Of a stretch of 64,000 bases of DNA, positions 55,497 to 64,000 are shown in pieces (the first letter of the stretch is position 1; every line of letters starts with the position of its first letter). A program made the translations under genes and the position numbers. Source of the DNA: a virus (lineage: Duplodnaviria; Caudoviricetes); IMG/VR virus record IMGVR_UViG_3300009129_001428, positions 14,915-78,914 of that record; one strand, 5' to 3'. The notes under the pieces are model-generated. The model worked only from the letters and a program-made list of their open reading frames with translations. It was not told where the DNA came from and did not search any database.

Positions 55497-56138
55497 CTAT
55501 TTAGCGAGGCTCCTATCTTTAAAGCTTAGGTCTTTGTACTTTTTGTAGAGGTCAAAATCTTGAGGGTATTGCTTTTTTAGAAAGGCAATTGTTGTATCCG
55601 TTGCCTCTGCCACATTCTTTTTATTCGTTGTGTTTTTATTGGGAAAATTAATCTCGCTTGGTATTTCTAGCTCCCTAAATAATTCTTTAACGTCTTCGTT
55701 TAGGTGATCTAATATCAAAATATATGCTGGATTTTTAAACCAAAGATACTGCGGCGTGTATGTCCACTTGAGTGTCGTAGGCGTACGGCCAATCCTATGC
55801 TTCTTGTCTAGGTTATAAATATAGTTCAAGCCTGTTTGATGTAATTCTGAAAATGGATCATCTAAAACCTTGACTAGATCATTAATATTTTCAACCCCAG
55901 ACTCAAATAGTTTTTTATTTTGAGGTGCTCGCGCCCATTTTTGTTTCGAATATCTTAACGCAGAAGCGAATCTGTCTATGGGATCTCTTAATACAATAAT
56001 TTCTGTCGATTCAGGACGCCCATTGCCATTATAGGCGTGATGGTGATATTTGATTTTACAGGATACCTCCTTGTGGTTTCTGATTAATGATTTAAAGGAG
56101 CAACCCCCATTTTTAGGAACGTGAACAAAATCTAGCAT
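55497..56138 (-). CDS. sulfotransferase family 2 protein
   Basis: FVHVPKNGGCSF, LRDPIDRFASA, PQYLW, DFDLY. Confidence 0.8.
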   Translation of the reverse strand: MLDFVHVPKNGGCSFKSLIRNHKEVSCKIKYHHHAYNGNGRPESTEIIVLRDPIDRFASALRYSKQKWARAPQNKKLFESGVENINDLVKVLDDPFSELHQTGLNYIYNLDKKHRIGRTPTTLKWTYTPQYLWFKNPAYILILDHLNEDVKELFRELEIPSEINFPNKNTTNKKNVAEATDTTIAFLKKQYPQDFDLYKKYKDLSFKDRSLAK

Positions 56139-56147
56139 ATTGATGTA

Positions 56148-56825
56148 TTATATCTTAATTCTTTTTCTTCTCCAATGAAAACTCCTTCTCTCAATTAAGG
56201 TTTGCTCGCGTTTGTTGTGGGCGTAGGGTAATATAAATTTAAAATCATATTCTTGGTCCAGCATTTTATTATATTTTTCATTAAGATAGCGCTCGGTTAT
56301 TTCGCTATAATCTTCTGTCCATATAATTGGAAGCCCTTGCAGTTTGTTTTTTATGAATTCGCTTCTTTGTATAATGGGAATAGATTTGCAGTAGAATGAT
56401 TCGTAGTGCCTAAAGCAATCTTTCCAGCTGCCTTCTGGGGATATAATAAACTTATGCTCTTGCATTTTATGTATGAAGGTCTGGGCATCACTATAGTTTG
56501 CCATTTTACTTTTTGTAATCTTATAGTGTTTGTTCTCTATCCCTTTTTTTTTAAAATCTCTTATTATATATCGGCGCTGGCGGTTTGAGAAGGGGTGAAT
56601 TCTTAACATGAGGCCTTTGGAATTTAAAAAAGAGGGGGCGTCTAAAAGCATATCTATAAAGGGGAAAAGCTTACGGCAGATGCCTAGAGGCTCTGCTACA
56701 TCTACCTCTCTTCGACCTAAGGCCTTAGCGTCGATCGCGTCTGGGGCGGCATGGATTATTAAATCTTCCTTAATAAGTGGCCGCAGAATCCACTCCTTTA
56801 ATGTCATTTTTGTCTTGCTATTCAC
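56148..56825 (-). CDS. exostosin (GT47)-like protein, paralog 1
   Basis: MTLKEW, HKFIISPEGSWKDCFRHYE...SIPI, LPIIWTEDYSEIT. Confidence 0.7.
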   Translation of the reverse strand: MNSKTKMTLKEWILRPLIKEDLIIHAAPDAIDAKALGRREVDVAEPLGICRKLFPFIDMLLDAPSFLNSKGLMLRIHPFSNRQRRYIIRDFKKKGIENKHYKITKSKMANYSDAQTFIHKMQEHKFIISPEGSWKDCFRHYESFYCKSIPIIQRSEFIKNKLQGLPIIWTEDYSEITERYLNEKYNKMLDQEYDFKFILPYAHNKREQTLIERRSFHWRRKRIKI

Positions 56826-56827
56826 AG

Positions 56828-57265
56828 CTACCGAGATTTTCCGCTAGGCACGGCGTAAAAACCAACAACCATAAAGCATAGATCAAAAAAATGCATTAAT
56901 AGTAATCCGCCCGTGAGCTCTATAACCTCGAACTCTTTACTTCCTCCGAAAAGCCAACTAAAAAATCCGCCAGTGCCTCCTTTTAGTGGATAAAGCACAG
57001 AGTAACTAATCTCTGGGTTTAATGCATAATAAACCATCAAAAAACACAAAGTAAAAGTTAAGCTCATAAATAAAATTCTCCGAGTTACCTTAACGAAAGG
57101 GTCTGAAGCCTGTTCTATTTGGTTTTTTAAAAGAGCTTTAAGCATCTCGTTGTCCCGAGCAGCCAGCATTAATTGGTTTTGCCGACGATGCTCTAGCCAA
57201 TTGTTTAATAAATTGCAAAATAACTTTAAACCTGCGCCGATTATAGTATTGAGTACGGGTCCCAT
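56828..57265 (-). CDS. membrane protein, possibly holin-like
   Basis: N-terminal amphipathic helix, TRRIL then 2 TM segments; AGTGTA 9 nt upstream. Confidence 0.45.
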   Translation of the reverse strand: MGPVLNTIIGAGLKLFCNLLNNWLEHRRQNQLMLAARDNEMLKALLKNQIEQASDPFVKVTRRILFMSLTFTLCFLMVYYALNPEISYSVLYPLKGGTGGFFSWLFGGSKEFEVIELTGGLLLMHFFDLCFMVVGFYAVPSGKSR

Positions 57266-57286
57266 ATAGGAGATTACACTAAAATA

Positions 57287-58018
57287 CTATAATTCTATAT
57301 CAAAGGGCTCCCCGTTATTGTAATAATTCTCCCAATCTTTTCGGCTAGTCCTAAATAGCATTCGTTTAATTAGCACTTCTTTTTTGGTCGGATTATAGCA
57401 GGATAGGAAAATCTTACCGAAGTCAAAGACTTCGTCTAGCATTTCATTGTATTTTTTATTTAAGTATTCTACTGTAATTTCGCTATAATCCCATGTCCAT
57501 AGTATGGGTAACCCCGCGTGTTTATCTTTTAAAAAGTTATCATGATTGATAATCGGGATCGACTTACAGTACCAAGCCTCGTAAGATCTATGAGCCTCTT
57601 TCCAGAGCCCGCTCGGAGAAGCTGTGAATTTATGTTCTAAAAGATTATCCACGTATCTATTTTGGTACCCGTTAGCCCCTTGGGACCTTGTGTCCAGAGT
57701 AAGAAAACCGTTCTTCTTTAGGTTTTCTTGAAATAAAGATCGAAGAGTGGTTGTTATGCCGAATTTTTTATAGATAGATGCTCCTGAGGAAGGCCGAAAG
57801 GATACGTAGCATGTTTTTGTATTGAAGGTTGGTATTTCTCGCTCTCGGATTAAATTTAAATATTTAAAATAGATCTTGTTCATTCCTATCGGTAACAGCT
57901 CTTGGTTCATTCTCGCTCCAGAATTAAAAAAAGATTCTGGTACGGTACTTACTAGCATCTCTGAAGTCGGAATTTTAAACTCCAACCACTCTCTTAATGT
58001 CATTAATTTTTTAATCAT
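57287..58018 (-). CDS. exostosin (GT47)-like protein, paralog 2
   Basis: MTLREW, HKFTASPSGLWKEAHRSYE, LPILWTWDYSEIT, KRMLFRTSRKDWEN. Confidence 0.7.
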   Translation of the reverse strand: MIKKLMTLREWLEFKIPTSEMLVSTVPESFFNSGARMNQELLPIGMNKIYFKYLNLIREREIPTFNTKTCYVSFRPSSGASIYKKFGITTTLRSLFQENLKKNGFLTLDTRSQGANGYQNRYVDNLLEHKFTASPSGLWKEAHRSYEAWYCKSIPIINHDNFLKDKHAGLPILWTWDYSEITVEYLNKKYNEMLDEVFDFGKIFLSCYNPTKKEVLIKRMLFRTSRKDWENYYNNGEPFDIEL

Positions 58019-58145
58019 CGCCTCTGAAACAAGATTTTAAACGTATAATTAATACACTTATTAATGGAGCAGATATAAACAAATGAAGAAGATTTGGGTG
58101 TGGTTCCCCGCACAGCCCTAGCGAATGTTTAATGAATTCTAACAT
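58011..58145 (-). CDS. small phage protein (44 aa)
   Basis: Manual translation MLEFIKHSLGLCGEPHPNLLHLFISAPLISVLIIRLKSCFRGDD; AGTGTA upstream at 58168-58173. Confidence 0.6.
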   Translation of the reverse strand: MLEFIKHSLGLCGEPHPNLLHLFISAPLISVLIIRLKSCFRGDD

Positions 58146-58176
58146 TATTGACAACTATACATATAACTACACTAAA

Positions 58177-58992
58177 TCAACGCTTGTAAATATTTTCCCA
58201 GTCTTTTCTGCTAGTCCTGAATAGCATTCTCTTAACTAAAACGTCCTGCTCTGGGCCGCTATAGGAAGAAAGAAATAACTTACTAAAATCAAAAACCTTG
58301 TCGAGGGCCTCGGAATATTTTTGCTTTAAGTAGTCCTCTGTTATGTCCGCGTAATGCCACGTCCATAAAATTGGTAGCCCTTTGTGTTTTTCCCTTAGAA
58401 GGTCATCGTGGTTTAGAATTGGGATGCCCTTGCAATATAAAGTCTCATATGTGGCGTGAGATTCTTTCCAGTAGCCCGTGGGACAAACAGTAAATTTATG
58501 CTCTAGTAGCTTATTAATTCGTAGGCGATAGTCGATTTGGAAACGATTATATTGATTTTTAAAACCGTTTCTTGATAAATTTCTTAAAAAGAAGCTCCTC
58601 GGACTGTGTGCGAAGGATTCAATATCTTCTGAGATACTCGGGTCTCCCAGTTTTCGACGAAATATCATGGTTTCCTTTAGTTTTGAGTTACCGCTCGAGT
58701 CCTTGGCTACAAATTCCCTAGGTAAAATAGCCCTTCCGCTCCCCCTCCATAACGAGCTTCCAGCTGCGCTATTGACAGAAACATAGCAGCTCTTGGTGTT
58801 GACGGTCGAGGTCTTTGGCTCCTCAATTAAGTTTGAATAATAAAAAAATCTTTCCGACATGCCTACGGGCAACTCTTCTTCGTCTATTTTTTTTGAAGAA
58901 TTAAATTCTTCTTCTGGCACGGTAGCGACTAACATGTCTTTCGCTCGGACCCTTAAGGACTGCCACTCTCTTAACGTCATTAACTTGTCCAT
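58177..58992 (-). CDS. exostosin (GT47)-like protein, paralog 3
   Basis: MTLREW, HKFTVCPTGYWKESHATYE, LPILWTWHYADIT, KRMLFRTSRKDWEN. Confidence 0.7.
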   Translation of the reverse strand: MDKLMTLREWQSLRVRAKDMLVATVPEEEFNSSKKIDEEELPVGMSERFFYYSNLIEEPKTSTVNTKSCYVSVNSAAGSSLWRGSGRAILPREFVAKDSSGNSKLKETMIFRRKLGDPSISEDIESFAHSPRSFFLRNLSRNGFKNQYNRFQIDYRLRINKLLEHKFTVCPTGYWKESHATYETLYCKGIPILNHDDLLREKHKGLPILWTWHYADITEDYLKQKYSEALDKVFDFSKLFLSSYSGPEQDVLVKRMLFRTSRKDWENIYKR

Positions 58993-59002
58993 TGGAATCT
59001 AA

Positions 59003-61447
59003 TTATTGACAACTCTCACAACCTGGATCTAAGATACTACACGCTTTTACTTCTTTATTATCGTCTGACTTATTGCTTTTTTCTACTTTAGATGCTCCTC
59101 TGTTTCTTAAATAGTAAGTTGTTTTTAGTCCAGCTTCCCAGCAAGCCATATAAATGTCATTAAGATACTTAAGTGATGTCCCATTGTTGTATAGATTAAA
59201 ACTAATTCCTTGGTCGATCCACTTTTGTCTTACTGCATTAGACTTTATTAGCTGAAACATGTCCCTATCAAAAGCTGTCTTATATTTATCTTTAATCCAG
59301 TCAGGTAATGCTCCGTTTAATAAAGATACGTCCCCATCTGCTTCTTTTATCATAGAAATAATTTCAGGAGTCCACAAGCCTTCTTTCTTCATGTCATTAA
59401 CAAAATGTTCATTCGTGATGTAAAAGTTCCCGCTCTTGTTTTCGTAAACAAATAATACCGAGAAGTTTGGTTCGATTGACTGCTCAACTCCATTTATGTA
59501 TCCGATGGTAGCCGTTGGAGCTATCGCCATAGTATTGGAATTACGCATGCCGTGCTCCTTAATTCTTTCTCTTAAGCCGTCCCAATCTTTTTTGATAAAC
59601 TTATCGTCGGCCGCGTCTGGCACTTCTTGTTTTCGGTACTCCATTAAGGACTTAAACGTATCAATAGGAAGAATGCCTTGCGACCATAAAGAGCCATCAA
59701 AACTACTATAGGAACCCTTTTCTTTAGCAAGCTCGTTGCTGGCAGAGATTGCATGATAACTATAAAACTCAAAAAGTTCATCATTAAAACGCACAGCCTC
59801 ATCACTATCAAAAGAAATGTCTAGCATATGCATAACATCGTGTAACGCCATCATGCCTAAACCAATTGGGCGATGCTGCGTATTGCTATTTCTAGCTTCT
59901 GCGGTAGGGTAAAAATTTATATCTACAACATTATCTAGCATTCGGATTGCCGTCTTGATTGTAGTGGCCAGCTCCGTCCAGTCCATGCCTTTAATTGTAT
60001 TGCCATCTTTTGTCTGGATTTCTCTGACGTGGTTTTTTAAGTTTATACTTCCTAAATTACAGACAGCAGTTTCCCCTATCTCGGTTTTCTTTCCTGATTT
60101 ATATTTAGATGCTTTTGTGTGCAATAAAATTTCAGTGCAAAGATTAGAGCTATGTACTGCTCCTTCGTGTTGATTGCTGTACCTTATGTTTGATGGGTCT
60201 TTAAATGTATTCCAAGGGTGGGAGGTTTCAAAGAGTACCTTCAACATCTTCTTCCATAGTTCCTTTGCGGGAATTTTATTAAAAGTTTTTATCTCTCCCT
60301 TGTCTGCCTTTTTGCAATAGGCTTTATACTTTTTGTCGAACTTTTCTCCGAATAAATCATGTAAGTCGGGGCATTCATTGGGATCAAATAAATACCAATC
60401 CTTTTCGGCCTTTACCCATCTCATGAAAATATCAGGAATCCATGAGGCCGTGTTCATATCGTGACACCTTAGCCTTTCATCCCCCGTATTCCTTCTAAGG
60501 TTGAGGAAGTCCTCGTAATCTAAATGCCAAGGCTCTAAATATGCGCAGCCAGCGCCTGGCCGTTTCCCTCCTTGATTTACTGCGATCAATAGATCATTAA
60601 AAATCTTTAACCACGGAATGAGACCGCTTGAGATTCCATTAGTCCCTTGAATATGAGACCCCGAGGACCTAAAAGGGGTAATGTCTAAACCTAAACCTCC
60701 CGCGAATTTAGATTTTCTAGCCTCTTGCCAAGCCCCGTCAAAAATTCCGTCTATTGAGTCGTCGAAAGTATTTAGATAACAAGAGGACAGTTGTGAATGC
60801 GTGGTCCCACTATTAAATAAGGTCGGCGTGGAGGACGTATATCTAAACTGGCTTAATAGATTGTAGAATTCAATCGCCGCTTGCTCTTTATCTTCTTCAT
60901 TAATCGCCAAGCCCATTGCTACCCTCATCCAAAAGGCTTGAGGAGCTTCCATAACTTTCCCGTTTTCCCTGGTAAAGTACCGATCATAAAGTATTTGTGC
61001 TCCCAGATATTTTAGGAGCTTATCCCTACTCGGGGCTAGAGCTTCCGATAGTTTCTTTAAGTCAAAGCCTAGCAGTCTCTTGTCTAGCCTCTCTGATTTA
61101 ACCATCTTCTTTACATTCATTACAAATGTTTTGCGATACTGTAGATCAAAAACATCTGAATCAACGCCTTCTTTAAATACTTCTTTATATAAATTGTTTA
61201 ATAGTAGCCCTGCAGCAACATAGGAATAGTTGGGCTCCTTCTCTATTTTCTCTCTCGCGGAAAGAATTAATGCTTGGTCAATCTCCGATGTCTTAACTTT
61301 ATCGTAGAGCTGTAACTGTGCATCTAGTACTATCTCGCTGGCCGAAACATCAGCTATCCCCTCGCAGGCTCTTTGAGCGCTAGCATTGATCTTATCTACA
61401 TTAAAATCTTCTAGTCTTCCATTCCTTTTTTTTAGCTTAATATCCAT
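59003..61447 (-). CDS. nrdA: class I ribonucleotide reductase alpha subunit with ATP-cone
   Basis: ATP-cone KKRNGRLEDFNVDKI; TPTLFNSG, LSSCY, SNLCTEI, VCNLGSIN, AIAPT, KTTYYLR, C-terminal CESCQ. Confidence 0.95.
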   Translation of the reverse strand: MDIKLKKRNGRLEDFNVDKINASAQRACEGIADVSASEIVLDAQLQLYDKVKTSEIDQALILSAREKIEKEPNYSYVAAGLLLNNLYKEVFKEGVDSDVFDLQYRKTFVMNVKKMVKSERLDKRLLGFDLKKLSEALAPSRDKLLKYLGAQILYDRYFTRENGKVMEAPQAFWMRVAMGLAINEEDKEQAAIEFYNLLSQFRYTSSTPTLFNSGTTHSQLSSCYLNTFDDSIDGIFDGAWQEARKSKFAGGLGLDITPFRSSGSHIQGTNGISSGLIPWLKIFNDLLIAVNQGGKRPGAGCAYLEPWHLDYEDFLNLRRNTGDERLRCHDMNTASWIPDIFMRWVKAEKDWYLFDPNECPDLHDLFGEKFDKKYKAYCKKADKGEIKTFNKIPAKELWKKMLKVLFETSHPWNTFKDPSNIRYSNQHEGAVHSSNLCTEILLHTKASKYKSGKKTEIGETAVCNLGSINLKNHVREIQTKDGNTIKGMDWTELATTIKTAIRMLDNVVDINFYPTAEARNSNTQHRPIGLGMMALHDVMHMLDISFDSDEAVRFNDELFEFYSYHAISASNELAKEKGSYSSFDGSLWSQGILPIDTFKSLMEYRKQEVPDAADDKFIKKDWDGLRERIKEHGMRNSNTMAIAPTATIGYINGVEQSIEPNFSVLFVYENKSGNFYITNEHFVNDMKKEGLWTPEIISMIKEADGDVSLLNGALPDWIKDKYKTAFDRDMFQLIKSNAVRQKWIDQGISFNLYNNGTSLKYLNDIYMACWEAGLKTTYYLRNRGASKVEKSNKSDDNKEVKACSILDPGCESCQ

Positions 61448-61531
61448 GCAGAAAATACACCCTATAACGAGTATTTAAAATAAAAATTTTACTATTTCGG
61501 TTGAATTATTAACGACCTTAATAGTTTGTTG

Positions 61532-61571
61532 ATGCAGTGTATATAATACTGCATTCTGGTGTACTTGGCAA
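61532..61571 (-). promoter_or_regulatory. sigma70-like nrdA promoter overlapped by an inverted repeat
   Basis: TTGCCA (61566-61571) - 17 nt - TATTAT (61543-61548); ATGCAGT-N9-ACTGCAT at 61532-61554. Confidence 0.55.
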
Positions 61572-61578
61572 GCAAAAA

Positions 61579-62487
61579 CTACAGATCTAACTGCTTTTTG
61601 TATTCAGGAATCCACTCTTCTACCGTCATTGTTGGTTCCCATCCTAGAAGCTGTTTGGCTTTGCTGTTATCGGCTAGCGTATTCTGGGGTTCGAGCCTAG
61701 CATCTATAAATTTAACATCCCCTCCAAAAAGAGAAGCTATTTGATTGACCGATCTACTGTCTCCATTGCCAATATTAATAACCTCCCCGCTGCCCACCTT
61801 CTTTGATGTAGCTGCTAAAATATTCGCTCTAACTACATCTTTCACGTAAGTAAAATCTCGACGCTGTTCGCCGTCCCCTGTGACGGTCAGTGGCGCTCCC
61901 GCCAGCATTTGCTGCGCGAATATTCCCATAACCAAGCAATATCCTCCCTCAACGGTCATTCGTTCTCCAAATACATTAAAATACCTCAGGCTTACCGTCT
62001 CCATACCGTAAACCTTAGAGAACACAGAACAATACTGCTCTCCGATTAATTTTTGTAAACCATAAGGACTTAATGGATTGGTTGGTTGGTCTTCGTCCGT
62101 AGGCAACACCTTGGTTTCTCCATACGCTGAAGACGAAGCGCTATAAACAATCCTCTTGACTCCTGCGTCATGAGCGGCGATTAGTAAATTTAAAGTGCCA
62201 TTAACATTGGCCTTGTGAAAGGCATGGGGTTTATCAATAGAGGGTTGTACTCTAGCTAAGGCCGCTAAATGGAAAACCACATCTACGCCCCTTAAGGCAG
62301 AAGTTATTAAGGCTGGCCAATTATCTCCAGACAAATCAAAACAAAAAAATTGGGCCTTGGGGTTGATGTTTTTTTTCTTCCCAGTGATTAGACTGTCAAG
62401 CACAACCACCTCATGTCCGTCTTCAATTAGTTGGTCTACTAAATTGCTACCAATAAAGCCTGCTCCTCCTGTTACTAAATATTTCAT
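61579..62487 (-). CDS. NAD-dependent epimerase/dehydratase (UDP-sugar 4-epimerase-like)
   Basis: VTGGAGFIGS, YSASSSAYG, YGLQK (YxxxK), LRYFNVFG, RDFTYVKDV. Confidence 0.9.
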   Translation of the reverse strand: MKYLVTGGAGFIGSNLVDQLIEDGHEVVVLDSLITGKKKNINPKAQFFCFDLSGDNWPALITSALRGVDVVFHLAALARVQPSIDKPHAFHKANVNGTLNLLIAAHDAGVKRIVYSASSSAYGETKVLPTDEDQPTNPLSPYGLQKLIGEQYCSVFSKVYGMETVSLRYFNVFGERMTVEGGYCLVMGIFAQQMLAGAPLTVTGDGEQRRDFTYVKDVVRANILAATSKKVGSGEVINIGNGDSRSVNQIASLFGGDVKFIDARLEPQNTLADNSKAKQLLGWEPTMTVEEWIPEYKKQLDL

Positions 62488-62495
62488 GCTCTATA

Positions 62496-63446
62496 TTAAA
62501 TATAATCGTGGCCGCATCCACTTAAATCTGTACCATATTGAGGGTGAAAATAACCATCCTCTGTTTTTTCCCAGCCTTCACTTATTAAACGCTTGTGTTT
62601 TTCAATCTCTTCGATCGACAGGGCAGACGGGTTTGTTTCCCAGTCTTTATTTTTTCTAACCCTTGTGTTTTGTTTCCATGCGCCCTCTAGTACGTGGGGG
62701 TCGATTCCGTTGTCCTTCATTAAATTAATCAATGCATTAATGTCTTTAGGAAAGCATGTCCCCCCGAAGCCAAAGTCTCCATCGTGCCCTGGAACGTCGT
62801 AGTGGCTGACCCCAATCCTTCCGTCCGATAACACACCTTCTAGTAAGGACTGCCAATTCAAGTCGAGCTTTTGCGCAAGTAGATACATCTCATTAAAAAA
62901 ACTAACTTTTGTGGCAAAAAAACAATTCGCTATATACTTAACCATTTCTGACTCACTACTAGACATTACTAGACAGCTGGTGCCTGGAAACCTTTTCTCG
63001 TAAAGATCTCTTAATAGCTCTGCAGCAGCTTTGTTATTGGTATACCCTACAATATTTCGGGAAGGAGTAATGAAGTCAATTTTTGCTTTTCTTGCAGTTA
63101 AAAACTCTGGAGAATGACAAATTTTTAAATTAGTATATTTCCGTTGAATTTCTGCGGTAGTGCCTACTGGAACAGTTGATTTAATAATCAGTACTGCTTT
63201 GCATTCTAGCGTATTCAGCTCGCTAAAGACGGAATGTAAAATTGACAGATCTGCCTGTCTCGATTGAAGATCTCTCATTGGCGTTGGCACGCTAATGAAA
63301 ATTAAATCACTAGCAGCGGTTTCTTCTAAAGTATGAGTCGCCTTTTCTGGTGCAGAATCATAAACACAAAGTTCTTCACAGTGTAATTTAAAGCCCTCTG
63401 TAATTGCAGAACCTACAAAACCATTCCCTATAACTCCTATTTTCAT
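62496..63446 (-). CDS. ugd: UDP-glucose/GDP-mannose dehydrogenase (short form without the C-terminal domain)
   Basis: GNGFVG, SVPTP, IKSTVPVG, PEFL, KYIAN.FFATKVSFFNE, GFGGTCFPKD. Confidence 0.85.
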   Translation of the reverse strand: MKIGVIGNGFVGSAITEGFKLHCEELCVYDSAPEKATHTLEETAASDLIFISVPTPMRDLQSRQADLSILHSVFSELNTLECKAVLIIKSTVPVGTTAEIQRKYTNLKICHSPEFLTARKAKIDFITPSRNIVGYTNNKAAAELLRDLYEKRFPGTSCLVMSSSESEMVKYIANCFFATKVSFFNEMYLLAQKLDLNWQSLLEGVLSDGRIGVSHYDVPGHDGDFGFGGTCFPKDINALINLMKDNGIDPHVLEGAWKQNTRVRKNKDWETNPSALSIEEIEKHKRLISEGWEKTEDGYFHPQYGTDLSGCGHDYI

Positions 63447-63489
63447 ATAGGATATATATTATAGTAATATGAGGCTCGAGTCAATAAAA

Positions 63490-63999
63490 TTATCCCGTAC
63501 CTTTCCATGTGGCTCCGTTTGTTGTGTAGTGATGGTCGGCCACAAAAGATGCGTCATAATAAATAGAGTGGCCCTCTTTAATCCTGTCTGTTGCCCAATA
63601 TCGATCCTCCTTGCCTGATAAATCTTCTCTAAAAGGATGGTTTGAAATAAATTTTCTATCATAAAAACATAAGGCGTTGTGTAGAAATGGCCGATCCTCA
63701 TCTTCGCAGAAATAATTTACCATATCATCATCTTTAAAATTAGACCACATATACCGTTTTTTAATTTTTTTCCCATTCCAAATAGGTATTTGCTTGCCCC
63801 ATACCGCCACATTTTCTTCAAGCCTATCTATAATTTTTTGAAAATTTATTTTTTTTAAAACGCAATGTGCCGACAAGATTAAAATGGCTTTATGATCGCA
63901 GTGTTCAACTCCTATATTTAAAGATTTACCTGGAGAATAATCTTCTATTTCTAAAATTTTTGGATTTAAATAATCAAAGGTCTTAATGATTCTTCTTGA
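63490..63999 (-). CDS. GT2-family glycosyltransferase (start lies beyond the window end)
   Basis: Frame is open to the window end: ...YSPGKSLNIGV...ILSAHC...EDRYW...HHYT. Confidence 0.8.
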   Translation of the reverse strand, partial: SRRIIKTFDYLNPKILEIEDYSPGKSLNIGVEHCDHKAILILSAHCVLKKINFQKIIDRLEENVAVWGKQIPIWNGKKIKKRYMWSNFKDDDMVNYFCEDEDRPFLHNALCFYDRKFISNHPFREDLSGKEDRYWATDRIKEGHSIYYDASFVADHHYTTNGATWKGTG

Positions 64000-64000
64000 G

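Noticed and set aside
17934-61447. Inteins or group I introns in dnaE, dnaB, recA, nrdA or nrdB
   Set aside because: The proteins have normal lengths and contiguous motifs; no splice-junction or homing-endonuclease motifs were seen.
61452-61475. Possible NrdR box next to nrdA
   Set aside because: Only a partial match (ACACCCTATAACGAGT) to the palindromic consensus; too weak.
15603-63701. Numerous plus-strand ORFs (e.g. 15603-16004, 17226-17660, 30349-30795, 53718-54101, 54980-55399)
   Set aside because: They are shadows fully antisense to well-supported minus-strand genes, Ser/Leu/Phe-rich and without promoter motifs.
1-64000. Stop-codon reassignment, as found in some large phages
   Set aside because: Genes are full length and tightly packed under the standard code; TAA, TAG and TGA all end genes.
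1-64000. Origin from a cellular chromosome (host or CPR bacterium)
   Set aside because: No ribosomal or core housekeeping synteny; divergent replication genes, a phage-type dNMP kinase and runs of tiny co-oriented ORFs fit a large phage. A provirus or mis-join cannot be fully excluded without structural genes.

Overview
AT-rich, densely packed, almost entirely minus-strand segment of a large dsDNA bacteriophage genome; no capsid, terminase or tail genes lie in this window. Several genes look verrucomicrobial (PVC superphylum): DUF1501, a TIGR02597-like secreted protein, a LamG protein with a verrucomicrobial-type C-terminal domain, a TorF-like porin and a Chlamydia-type RNR. These suggest a Verrucomicrobia-like host (inference). 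Contents: (i) many small hypothetical genes and nucleotide metabolism (dNMP kinase, dUTPase, MazG-like, NUDIX, nrdA/nrdB); (ii) a replication/recombination block (split DnaE + PHP + DEDDh exonuclease, primase, DnaB, RecA, Fe-S PD-(D/E)XK nuclease, RuvB-like ATPase); (iii) a tmRNA with a 38-residue Lys/Arg-rich tag, a ClpC-type unfoldase with a ClpP-docking loop, and a ClpP, together a candidate phage-encoded tag-and-degrade system; (iv) large glycan-modification islands (glycosyl-, fucosyl- and sulfotransferases, KdsA, epimerases, UDP-Glc dehydrogenase); (v) a module of secreted host-like surface proteins. Two promoter classes are visible: sigma70-type promoters giving leaderless mRNAs, and a recurrent AGTGTA motif. 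All family assignments come from motif recognition by eye, not database searches.
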